Shown one piece after another: positions 36,328 through 45,038 of a stretch of 64,000 bases of DNA. Both the position numbers and the translations under genes were made by a program. The notes under the pieces are model-generated. The model saw only the letters and a list, made by a program, of their open reading frames with translations. It was not told the DNA's origin and made no database searches. Source of the stretch: Planctomycetota bacterium (GTDB taxonomy: Bacteria > Planctomycetota > GCA-002687715 > DRQF01); the NCBI GenBank assembly GCA_047639315.1, contig JBLINQ010000002.1, positions 6,634-70,633 on the forward strand, written 5' to 3'. Every line of letters starts with the position of its first letter. Position 1 is the first letter of the stretch.

Positions 36328-38043
36328 ATGACTCGAATCTTAATTCTCGTCCTAACCTTAGCTGCTTTGACCAACGTTGTTGGTGGCCTTGGGGTCCTAT
36401 GTATCGCCCAAGTTGAGTTATCAAAACCAGCAAACCCCGCGATCGTCAAATTGCTCACGAGTCCTTATGCCGCTGAGCGCAAGATAGGTGTGAAGTCGCT
36501 CCTCGCTTTGGCAGAGAAACACTGGGAAGAAGAGAGCTTCTTAGATCCATGGCTCAATCATTCAAGCGAACTTGTTCGCCTTGGAGCCGCGAATGTTGCC
36601 GCTCAGGATCTTGATGCGAGCCGTGCCGTCAAGAAGATCAAAGCAGTCATCAAGAAAGAGAAACTGACGACGCGTCGCCAAGAACTGGCGAACATCGCCT
36701 TTGGTGCGGCATTCAACGGTTGGGATGGCACGGTCGATTACTTCGATGACAAAGAAGAAAACGATGAGTTTGCCGCCGCGGCCTTGCATTTCGTCCGCGT
36801 CAAATTATCAGCCCTCGCGAACTCAGGCACCCAAACAACAAACTATCGCGCGGTCGGGAAACTCGCGAGCCTCGGTCCCTATTCGATCCCTGTCTTGGAA
36901 AAAATCGCCTCAGAAAGTGGTGAGGGTTTGTATCAACGCGGGCTTGCTCTGTCTGCACTCGCCCGGATGAACTCACGGAGTTTTTGGGTGAACGACGACG
37001 GCACTTTGTCGGCCAAGACGAAGAAGATGCTTGATGACGGCCCTGAGTACCTCAAGATCAATACGCTGTTTTCGATGGCTTACTTTGGGACGGTAGATAA
37101 AACCTCTGTCAAAGCGATGAGCAACTTTGTGCTGCAGGACGCCTATTCGGCGGAGACCATTCAAGGTGGTCTCTACTACCTGTACACGTTGCCCGATAAG
37201 GAAGCACAAGCGGAACAGCAATACCTTGCTCAAGTAGCCAAGGAATATCTTGATGGTTCCTACGCTCAGAAAGTGAGATTTCACGCAGGCGTTCTTCTCG
37301 CTCGTATCAACGTGGCTACACTTGCCAGCCAAGCCATTGAGATGATCAAGGAATCTCCTGACTTCGCAGGCTATTGGGCTATGGGGGCGGTTCTCAATCG
37401 CGCCAACGATCTGCCTGAAGCCGACCGTGCCAAGACCATCTCTGATCTGATCGGGTGGGTATTGGCTTCAGAGAACTGTGCTCCGCAGCTTAAGGGGACA
37501 GCCCTATGGCACCTCAGGCAGAAAGGTACGAGCTTCCCTAAGGGGGTCACCGTCGAAAAGGTGACCACCGCCATTCATGCGAGCATGGAGAAGGTTCATA
37601 TGGCTAGCGAGGACCCGAGCTATCTGGCCATTCGTGGAGGCTTAGATATTCTCGCGTACTTGAAAGACCCCAAGGTCGACGAGGCTATCCTCAAGAACTT
37701 GAAGCACGAGAGCGAAGCGGTGCGCATGGCAGCAGCGCTTGCCGCAGGCAATACTGGGCACAAGGCTCTCATTCCTAAACTCTACAAAGCCATGAACGAT
37801 GATCATGAGTTTGCTGCTTACGGAGCAGCGTGGGCCCTTAATCAGCTTGGTGACAAGAGAGCGCGCCTTTGGTTCGCCCGTTATATGCTGAACGGCAATG
37901 CATGTCTGATGCGTTCATGCTTAGGTGCCCTTCGTACTGCAACCGGTTTGAAGGTGGGGGAGATAGTACCCACCGATCCGAAGAGCTGGAGAGTACGTGG
38001 GCGCGCTTGGATTTCTGTACTCAAAAAAAATGCGACCCGGTAA
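36328..38043 (+). CDS. signal-anchored HEAT-repeat protein
   Basis: N-terminal TM/signal MTRILILVLTLAALTNVVGGLG. Repeated HEAT/PBS-lyase-like units are present (SELVRLGAANVAAQ, EAVRMAAALAAGNTGHKALIPKLYKAMNDDHEFAAYGAAWALNQLGD). Confidence 0.6.
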   Translation: MTRILILVLTLAALTNVVGGLGVLCIAQVELSKPANPAIVKLLTSPYAAERKIGVKSLLALAEKHWEEESFLDPWLNHSSELVRLGAANVAAQDLDASRAVKKIKAVIKKEKLTTRRQELANIAFGAAFNGWDGTVDYFDDKEENDEFAAAALHFVRVKLSALANSGTQTTNYRAVGKLASLGPYSIPVLEKIASESGEGLYQRGLALSALARMNSRSFWVNDDGTLSAKTKKMLDDGPEYLKINTLFSMAYFGTVDKTSVKAMSNFVLQDAYSAETIQGGLYYLYTLPDKEAQAEQQYLAQVAKEYLDGSYAQKVRFHAGVLLARINVATLASQAIEMIKESPDFAGYWAMGAVLNRANDLPEADRAKTISDLIGWVLASENCAPQLKGTALWHLRQKGTSFPKGVTVEKVTTAIHASMEKVHMASEDPSYLAIRGGLDILAYLKDPKVDEAILKNLKHESEAVRMAAALAAGNTGHKALIPKLYKAMNDDHEFAAYGAAWALNQLGDKRARLWFARYMLNGNACLMRSCLGALRTATGLKVGEIVPTDPKSWRVRGRAWISVLKKNATR

Positions 38044-38053
38044 AGGGTCGCAT
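38030..38053. terminator. bidirectional terminator hairpin between convergent genes
   Basis: ATGCGACCC-GGTAAA-GGGTCGCAT is a 9-bp stem, preceded by A8 and followed by TTCGTCG. The TAA stop of the HEAT gene lies in the loop. Confidence 0.65.
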
Positions 38054-38092
38054 TTCGTCGTCTTCTGATGTGCGCCATTCGGCGCGACAGAC

Positions 38093-40384
38093 TTAGTTTT
38101 CTTGAGCCGAATTCGTTTCTTGGAGGATCACCGGTGAAATGGCAATCTCTTCGATCCGGAAATTCGACGAACCTGATGGCAAGATGACTTCAATCTCTGC
38201 GCCCAAGGATTGTCCAAGTAGTCCGCGCCCGAGTGGTGCCATGTAGGAGATGATGTGTTTGTCCATATCAGCATCCCATGGGCCAAGAAGGGTGTAGGAC
38301 TCGGTGATTGCCTTGTCGAGGTTCGTAATGCGAACTTCGCAGCCAATCGCAACCGTTTCATTGTTGACGCTGTCGGCATCAATGATACGGGCCTTGTCCA
38401 AGGAGTTTTTCATCTCTTCGGCGCGAGCAGTCAAAGCAGATTGCTTTTCAAGTGCAGCGGTCCATTCGGCATTTTCTGACAAGTCACCGAAGGAAGCAGC
38501 ACGGGTGATTTCCGTAGCGTTCTTCGGAATCTCGTCGTTGACAACGATGTTGTATTCATCTTCGTAGCGGAGGTAGCCCGCATTAGTAACGTAGATGATA
38601 TTCTCGTCGATAGCGCCGATGGTGTCGAGTTTGCGTTCTTCTGCTTCGGCACGACGTTTCGCGACTTCTGGGCGGGCTCTCAAGAGAGTCGCGACCAAGA
38701 TGTCTTTCACGTCATCAGGAAGGCTTCGGCTACCGCGGATGATGTTATAGAAACCACTCGCTTCATTGATGGTTCCTTCATCCAAGGTGTCGCGGAGGAG
38801 TTGCGACTTCTTGGCGACCAAGAGCTTCTCAATGTCTTTGCATTCTTTGCGGTAAGGCTCTTTGCGTGGATCTTTGTCGTCGCAAAGGAGGAACTTGCTC
38901 ATGCAATGTGAATGCAAGAGGATCGTCTTCTCCAAAAGGGACGTCAAAGAAGGCAATGGCAGTTCTTTGTGGATCTTCTTCTTCAAGCGGAGCTTGACGT
39001 ACCACACGAAGCTGCCGCGAAGATCACGGAACTTGGTGGCGAAGTCTTCGATGGCACGAGCTGTGCGATCGTAGGCCTTAACCGCCAAGAGCTCCTTCGA
39101 GCAGTATTCGCAAATGTCAGCCTCGCCCAAGTAAAGAGCGCGTTCGAATGACTCTTGCCAATCTTCTTTGAAGTTGTCTTTGATGCGAGCCAACACTTCC
39201 TTGCGGTCAGCGTTGATTGGCACAGTGGCCAAGTTGTCGAGGAAGCTGAAAGGGTCGGCCAAGATGTTGTCGAGAAGGAGGTCGTCTGGGATCTCGTAGT
39301 TATCTTCCATGGCAGCGATTTTCTCAAGCATGAGAGCAAGGCTGATCGCAGCGCCAGGATATTCGTCTCGTTCTTCAGCCGCACTCTTTGCCAGAACTCC
39401 CGCAGCAACCATCAAGGCTGGGCGAGTTTCTGGATGTTCTGTTAGCTCAATGAAGAGTTCGCGGACGTACTTGATTTTGCGCGGGAGGGTGCGAAGACCG
39501 CGAAGGTTGATCAAAGTTTGATCTTCGAAATTTTGCTCGGCGATCGTGACTTCAACAGTCGGGTTGTTGCCGGTTGTCATCTTGACGTTGGAATCACGCT
39601 TGGCCTTGGTCCGAGTCTTTGCCCACCATTTCGACCAGTCCTTCGTCGGGATGACCCCTTCGGTCAGCCGTTCGCGAAGATCGCGAACAGTTGTTTTTCT
39701 TTCGCGGCTGGTGACGACGCATTTCACCAAGGAGACAGGGTCTTCCTTGGCCATCGTCTGGAGGTCTTCAATGCGATCGAACTTCATCGCCTTGTAGCTA
39801 CTCCGTTCGAGATGCTTGGTAATGCTGCGTGCCATGTCGAGCCCGAGCTCGTGGCCCTTCAGCTCAAAGAAGTCGATGGTGACGGTGCCTTCGAGCGTAT
39901 CGACTGAAGCGACGGTTCCGACACCCCATCCGGCTGGATGCTCGACGTAGGAGCCTGGCTTGAAGCGCAAGTAGCTCTCGAGCTTCTCTGCGCAATCGGC
40001 GACCTGAATATCTTCAAGGATGCCAGAATGCTCGATCAACGTCTCGAGGCCCTCATTGTCGGCGTACTTGCGACGGAGAACTTTCAGGAAGTTATCTCGG
40101 AGGTTACGATCTCTCGGCGCGACGGTCGACAGATGATGAAGGCATTGAAGACCCTCATCGTCTTTCTCGGCGTCATCCAAGTAGCAGGGCAGCAACATAT
40201 TGATGTACGTCGCTGCTTTGCCCAAGTGGCCCTGGGTTTCCAAGGCGTAGATGCCCTCAAGAAGACCCTCAACGTCAGAAGAATCATTGGCGATAGCTTC
40301 CGCCCAGGCATTCTCAAATGGCTTGAGATCGTGTTTCTGAGCGAGGTCAACAAGGCGCTTGACGGTCTGTGATTTGGCTGGCAT
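38093..40384 (-). CDS. 763-aa GreA-family transcript cleavage factor fusion (large N-terminal extension + complete C-terminal GreA module)
   Basis: The C-terminal ~175 aa aligns by eye with E. coli GreA: FGDLSENAEWTAALEKQ matches HGDLKENAEYHAAREQQ, and SYMAPLGRGLLGQSLGAEIEV matches [20 protein letters not shown]. Residues ~150-215, FKPGSYVEHPAGWGVGTVASVDTLEGTVTIDF, resemble a CarD/TRCF-type RNAP-interacting Tudor-like domain. Confidence 0.75.
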   Translation of the reverse strand: MPAKSQTVKRLVDLAQKHDLKPFENAWAEAIANDSSDVEGLLEGIYALETQGHLGKAATYINMLLPCYLDDAEKDDEGLQCLHHLSTVAPRDRNLRDNFLKVLRRKYADNEGLETLIEHSGILEDIQVADCAEKLESYLRFKPGSYVEHPAGWGVGTVASVDTLEGTVTIDFFELKGHELGLDMARSITKHLERSSYKAMKFDRIEDLQTMAKEDPVSLVKCVVTSRERKTTVRDLRERLTEGVIPTKDWSKWWAKTRTKAKRDSNVKMTTGNNPTVEVTIAEQNFEDQTLINLRGLRTLPRKIKYVRELFIELTEHPETRPALMVAAGVLAKSAAEERDEYPGAAISLALMLEKIAAMEDNYEIPDDLLLDNILADPFSFLDNLATVPINADRKEVLARIKDNFKEDWQESFERALYLGEADICEYCSKELLAVKAYDRTARAIEDFATKFRDLRGSFVWYVKLRLKKKIHKELPLPSLTSLLEKTILLHSHCMSKFLLCDDKDPRKEPYRKECKDIEKLLVAKKSQLLRDTLDEGTINEASGFYNIIRGSRSLPDDVKDILVATLLRARPEVAKRRAEAEERKLDTIGAIDENIIYVTNAGYLRYEDEYNIVVNDEIPKNATEITRAASFGDLSENAEWTAALEKQSALTARAEEMKNSLDKARIIDADSVNNETVAIGCEVRITNLDKAITESYTLLGPWDADMDKHIISYMAPLGRGLLGQSLGAEIEVILPSGSSNFRIEEIAISPVILQETNSAQEN

Positions 40385-40434
40385 AGCTGGAATTCCGTCC
40401 TTTCAAGGACTCTCAAACGTGAAGCGTTATACTA

Positions 40435-41613
40435 TTAAACTGGACTCTCGATTCCACGGCTGGAGTCGAGAGGTCTTTGGTAAAGGCGATGAGTCTTGTG
40501 GGCAGTTCCACCGAGTTTCTCAATTGTGTTGATCATGACGGTGTTTGTTTCGAGCACCCATCCAAGCTCACTCCATTTCTTGCCTAAGTCCCGCGCTGCA
40601 CGAAAACTCTCATAGTAGAGCACGGAGTCAAGCCCACGGCGCTGCATGTCGCGACGAATTCCCATCGCCAAAAGGCGGATATCTGGGATCTTCTTCATAC
40701 CGAAAAGCAGCTTAAACAGTCCGAAGGGAAACAACTTGCCTTTGAGGTTCTGCGTGATGTAATAGATGTCCGGGAGCACAAGACTGAAGCCTACAGGATG
40801 TCCGTCAACTTCGACGAAATTAGCCAACTTAGCTTCGACTATCGGCTTCATTTCTTTGGCCATGTGGTCAATTTCCGCATTGGTCAAGCCCACGTGACCC
40901 CAATTCTCCATCCAAGCGTCTTCGTAGATGTCTTTGAAGCGCTTGACCTCGTCGGGGAATTTCTTCATGTCAAACGGGCGAACACTGAGATTCTCACGTT
41001 TCTTGATGCGCTCGATGATCCGCTCCATGCGTTCTGCGCCAAATTCCATGACGGGTAGGCTGAAGGAAATGAGGTCCATCACCTTTTCCAAGCCATAACC
41101 CGTTATCAGATCTTCGTACCACGGCGGATTCCAGGCCGTGAGCACTGTCTGGCGCCAATCGAATCCCTTGACCAAGATTCCAACTTCATCATTCATGCTG
41201 AAGCTGACTGGGCCGCGCATTTGGTCTAGGCCCCGGTCGCTTAACCATTGAGCGGCTCGATCGAGGAGTGCCTTAGCGATCTCGGGGTTGTTCTCTGATT
41301 CAAACCACCCAAAGAAGCCAACGCCATCCTTATGGATCTCGTTGTGGCGTCGATTTTCGATCGCAGCAATGCGACCGACGCAGCGATCTCCATCCAAGGC
41401 GATGAAATATTCCGCCTCAGCGTGCTTGAAGAAGGGGTTCTTCTGCTTGTCCAAGCGCGCTTTGACGTCGAACAAAAGGGGGGGTACGAAGTGTTTCTCG
41501 GCAGAATGGAGGCGATATGGAAGGTCGATGAACTGCCTAAGATGTTTCTTGCAGGCAATGACTTTGACTTCGTATTTCAAAACCGTGGCGCCCCCAAATC
41601 GGAGCGCCAGCAT
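40435..41613 (-). CDS. GNAT-like acyltransferase family protein (~390 aa, double-lobed)
   Basis: The pattern FIDLPYRLH...FVPPLLFDVKARLDKQKNPFFKHAEAEYFIALDGDRCVGRIAAIEN and the C-terminal LAMGIRRDMQRRGLDSVLY are acyl-CoA N-acyltransferase-like. It sits immediately downstream of the SPT-like gene. The start is uncertain. Confidence 0.55.
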   Translation of the reverse strand: MLALRFGGATVLKYEVKVIACKKHLRQFIDLPYRLHSAEKHFVPPLLFDVKARLDKQKNPFFKHAEAEYFIALDGDRCVGRIAAIENRRHNEIHKDGVGFFGWFESENNPEIAKALLDRAAQWLSDRGLDQMRGPVSFSMNDEVGILVKGFDWRQTVLTAWNPPWYEDLITGYGLEKVMDLISFSLPVMEFGAERMERIIERIKKRENLSVRPFDMKKFPDEVKRFKDIYEDAWMENWGHVGLTNAEIDHMAKEMKPIVEAKLANFVEVDGHPVGFSLVLPDIYYITQNLKGKLFPFGLFKLLFGMKKIPDIRLLAMGIRRDMQRRGLDSVLYYESFRAARDLGKKWSELGWVLETNTVMINTIEKLGGTAHKTHRLYQRPLDSSRGIESPV

Positions 41614-41626
41614 TCATCGTCTTTGA

Positions 41627-42820
41627 TCACTGGTCTGCTGCGACATTCGCATGGGACGCGAGTTTTGCAAACACGCCCAATGTGAAGTCCAGGTCTTCCT
41701 GTGTATGAGTAGCCATGTAGCTGGTCCGTACTAATCCGACGAATGCCGCTGGGGGCACCACAGGATTGACGAACAGGCCTTCTTCAAAAATTCGTTTTGC
41801 GAACTTAAACGTATCGATTTCCTCGCCGACGCGGATCGGGATGATCGGCGTCTGAGAGCCCATCGTGTCGAAGCCGAGAGCATCCAAGCCCTTCTTCATC
41901 TTGCTGACGTTATGTCGCAAGCGTGTCAGATGCTCTGGTTCGCTCTCGAGGATGTTTAGTGCGGTCAAAGCAGATGCCACGTTAGGTGGCGATATACTTG
42001 CTGAGAACATCAATGAGCGAGCCATGTGCTTGATGAAGTGAATCACTTCGTCACTGGCCGCGACGAACCCACCAAGGGATGCTAAAGACTTCGAGAAAGT
42101 ACCGGTGACAATGTCAACGCCACTATCCGGGCCGATCATGCCAAAGTGCTCGGTTGTACCACGACCGCGTTCGCCGAGGACACCAACACTGTGGGCGTCA
42201 TCAACCATCACTCGGGCGCCATACTTGCGGGCTATAGCAACGATTTCAGGCAGCTTGGTGATGCCGCCCAACATCGAGAAGACACCGTCGACGACGATGA
42301 GCTTGCCAGCATCAGGCTTTGCAGTCTTGAGTTTGTTTTCGAGGTCTTCTAGGTCGCCATGACGGAAGCGTTTCACGTCGGCGTAGCTGAGGCGACAGGC
42401 ATCAATAATGGAAGCGTGATTGTCTTTATCGCAATAGACGATGTCGCCTTTACCTGCGATTGAGGCAATGACACCCAAATTGACCTGGAAGCCAGTGGAA
42501 AAAGTGACAGCTGCAGGATAGCGCAAGAAATTGGCCAGGCGTTCTTCTAATTCCTCATGCAACGAAAGCGTACCGTTTAGGAAACGAGAGCCCGTGCACG
42601 ATGAACCGAATTGGTCCAGAGCATTCTTGGCTGCAGCCAGTACCCGAGGGTCATGAGTTAGGCCCAAATAGTTATTGGAACCAATCATCACCAATTCACG
42701 ACCATCGATCGTGACTCGAGAGCTAGTAGAGCTACTTGTTGGTCGGAAATACGGATACAGATCGGCCTGAATAAGCCGTTCTGCACGATCGAACCGACGA
42801 CACTTGTCAAAAAGATCCAA
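41627..42820 (-). CDS. alpha-oxoamine synthase, serine palmitoyltransferase-like (PLP-dependent)
   Basis: It matches the remembered Sphingomonas SPT pattern closely: GSNNYLGL, GSSCTGSRFLNGT, KRFRHGDLEDLENKL, VVDGVFSMLGGI, VDDAHSVGVLGERGRG, and the PLP-Lys motif GTFSKSLASLGGFV. Confidence 0.75.
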   Translation of the reverse strand: MDLFDKCRRFDRAERLIQADLYPYFRPTSSSTSSRVTIDGRELVMIGSNNYLGLTHDPRVLAAAKNALDQFGSSCTGSRFLNGTLSLHEELEERLANFLRYPAAVTFSTGFQVNLGVIASIAGKGDIVYCDKDNHASIIDACRLSYADVKRFRHGDLEDLENKLKTAKPDAGKLIVVDGVFSMLGGITKLPEIVAIARKYGARVMVDDAHSVGVLGERGRGTTEHFGMIGPDSGVDIVTGTFSKSLASLGGFVAASDEVIHFIKHMARSLMFSASISPPNVASALTALNILESEPEHLTRLRHNVSKMKKGLDALGFDTMGSQTPIIPIRVGEEIDTFKFAKRIFEEGLFVNPVVPPAAFVGLVRTSYMATHTQEDLDFTLGVFAKLASHANVAADQ

Positions 42821-42876
42821 ATCAGTACCTTCCCACTGAGGATCCAGTATACGTCGTCGGGAGCGCGACGCTCAAC

Positions 42877-42890
42877 GGGACTATAGTCCC
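42877..42890. promoter_or_regulatory. perfect 14-bp palindrome in divergent promoter region (candidate operator)
   Basis: GGGACTATAGTCCC equals its own reverse complement. It lies between the SPT-like gene start (42820, minus) and the SDR gene start (42989, plus). Confidence 0.3.
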
Positions 42891-42988
42891 ACGGCGGACT
42901 TTATGTCAAATTCCCCGAACCACTTCAATTTCATCCGTAAGAGTTTGAAGGGACCTATTTTGCGTGACTTAATGAGATGCCCTAAGGA

Positions 42989-44011
42989 ATGTCCCTGCAA
43001 CCCTTAACAGATAACTACGCAAATCAGACAATCGCTGTAACAGGTGGTTCCGGGTTCATCGGTGCTCGACTTTTGCGGCAATTGGCGCAAAGTCAGCCAA
43101 AAGAGCTTCGGGTTCTGGTCCGAAAAAGCTCCTCTTTAGACCTGATTAACGACCTGGAAACCGATGTTCGAATCGCTCCTCTTGAGGACGAAAAGGCCTT
43201 GGATTCGGCCTTAGAGGGCGTTGACTACGTTTTTCACCTCGCTGGCCTCACTCGCGCCAAGACCCGAGAGGCCCTATTTCGGGTCAATGCCGAGGGAACC
43301 GCGAACTTGGCAGCTTCGGTCAAGCGGGTTTCTCCTTCGGTTCGGCGCGTCGTCTTGGTTGGAAGCCAAGCTGCAATGGGCCCTAACCCACAGGAATGCC
43401 AAGAAGTTAGGGAAGATGATCAGCCTCGCCCGGTTACCTGGTATGGCGAATCAAAACTGGCTGCGGAGAAGGAGTTCAAGAGGAACCTCGGGGAACTTCC
43501 TTGGTCCATTGTCCGTCCGCCAGGCGTATATGGCCCCGGTGAAAAAGACTTTCTTAGCATGTTTCGTATGATCAAGAACCGATTTTCGCCGGTGATTGGC
43601 TTTAAGCCCAAGTCTTACTCCTTGGTCTTCTCGGATGACCTCGTTGACTCGATTTTGGCTGTCGCAACAAGTGAGAGTGCGGTCCAGCGGACGTACTTTG
43701 CGGCCGATCCGGCTGTCTACACCACCAACGATCTCTTGACGGCCATCGAAGGGGCCTTGTCCCGGCGGGCCTGGAAACCGCCGCTTCCTGAGTTCCTCGT
43801 TTATGGGTTAGCTGGATTCAACAGCCTCATCTCCCCCCTCATGTCACGACCGCCCCTCCTCAATTTACAGAAAGTGAAGGAGCTCCTGCCTGATCGTTGG
43901 GTGGTCTCAACAGATCGGCTGCGAGATGAAGTCGGCTTCGTCTGCCCGACTCCGCTCGACGAAGGGATCGCGGCGACCGCCCAGTGGTATCGAGAAAAAG
44001 GATGGCTTTGA
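42989..44011 (+). CDS. NAD-dependent epimerase/dehydratase family (extended SDR) reductase
   Basis: GGSGFIG Rossmann motif and the catalytic YGESK (YxxxK). 340 aa. Confidence 0.8.
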   Translation: MSLQPLTDNYANQTIAVTGGSGFIGARLLRQLAQSQPKELRVLVRKSSSLDLINDLETDVRIAPLEDEKALDSALEGVDYVFHLAGLTRAKTREALFRVNAEGTANLAASVKRVSPSVRRVVLVGSQAAMGPNPQECQEVREDDQPRPVTWYGESKLAAEKEFKRNLGELPWSIVRPPGVYGPGEKDFLSMFRMIKNRFSPVIGFKPKSYSLVFSDDLVDSILAVATSESAVQRTYFAADPAVYTTNDLLTAIEGALSRRAWKPPLPEFLVYGLAGFNSLISPLMSRPPLLNLQKVKELLPDRWVVSTDRLRDEVGFVCPTPLDEGIAATAQWYREKGWL

Positions 44012-44045
44012 GTTCAGGGGTTCGTCCTGGTGGTATTCTAATCCT

Positions 44046-45029
44046 ATGACCCACGGAGCCCTGACCATTTCCGCCTGTATCGTTTTGCACAATGAGGCTG
44101 GCGATTTGCCCGCATTGCGTGAAAGCCTTGGGCTTCAATCCTGCCCGATTGATCAAGTCATCTTTTGTCTTAACGGTGACAACGACGCCGTCAAGGAAGT
44201 GACCCAAGAGCTATTCCCCGGTGCCACGATCATTGATCAAGAGCAAAACCTTGGGTTCGCGGGCGGTATCAACGCTTGTTTGGCCGCGACTGACAGCACT
44301 TACGTCCTTCTGCTCAATGCGGACGTTGTTCTAAACGCGGACTACGTACAGTGCTGTCTGGATGTCTTCGATGCCGAGGAGCAAGTTGGTGGGGTCGGCG
44401 GTATTTTGCTGCGGTCCAAGGATGGCGAAGACTGCATCGACACGGCTGGGTTCGTGATGCAACCATGGCTGCGCATCGTTGATCGCGCGGCGGGATCCAT
44501 TGACCTGGCTCAGTTTCATGAACGGGAAGCCGTGATTGGGGTCTGTGCCGCCGCCGCCGTTTTCTCTCGCGCCGCTCTTGATCAAGTTGCCGAAGCTGGG
44601 GCCGTGATGGATGAAGACTTCTGGATGTACAAAGAAGATCAGGATCTTTGCCTCCGGATCAAGGAAGCCGGGTGGCAAGTCTTCTTTGAACCAGCTGCCA
44701 AAGGTCGTCATCATCGCGGATGGGCCCCAGAACGTCGATTTGACGTGCCAATCGAAATCCGACGCCATTCTCTGAAGAATCGCTATCTCCTTCTGACCAA
44801 GCATTGGCGCTTTGGCTCGCATTCTTGGAACCTGCCCATTCTCTTCCTATTCGAGATTCTGCTTTTTGTAGGTCTTTGCCTACGAGACCCGAAGGTTCTC
44901 ATCGGCTATGCTCGGGCTTTAGCCCTCCTGCCGAAAATGCTCGCCAAAAGAAAGAAGTTAATACGTCGGTTTTCTCGTACAAAGAAGGACGGAATCACCA
45001 AGCGCTTGGCAACATTCCTGGTCGTGTAA
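44046..45029 (+). CDS. glycosyltransferase family 2
   Basis: ISACIVLHNEAGDL...GFAGGINA...LLLNADVVL (DxD-like). It has a GT2 fold pattern and a C-terminal TM. I prefer ATG 44046 over the track start 43926, which overlaps the SDR gene. Confidence 0.7.
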   Translation: MTHGALTISACIVLHNEAGDLPALRESLGLQSCPIDQVIFCLNGDNDAVKEVTQELFPGATIIDQEQNLGFAGGINACLAATDSTYVLLLNADVVLNADYVQCCLDVFDAEEQVGGVGGILLRSKDGEDCIDTAGFVMQPWLRIVDRAAGSIDLAQFHEREAVIGVCAAAAVFSRAALDQVAEAGAVMDEDFWMYKEDQDLCLRIKEAGWQVFFEPAAKGRHHRGWAPERRFDVPIEIRRHSLKNRYLLLTKHWRFGSHSWNLPILFLFEILLFVGLCLRDPKVLIGYARALALLPKMLAKRKKLIRRFSRTKKDGITKRLATFLVV

Positions 45030-45038
45030 TACGGAATC

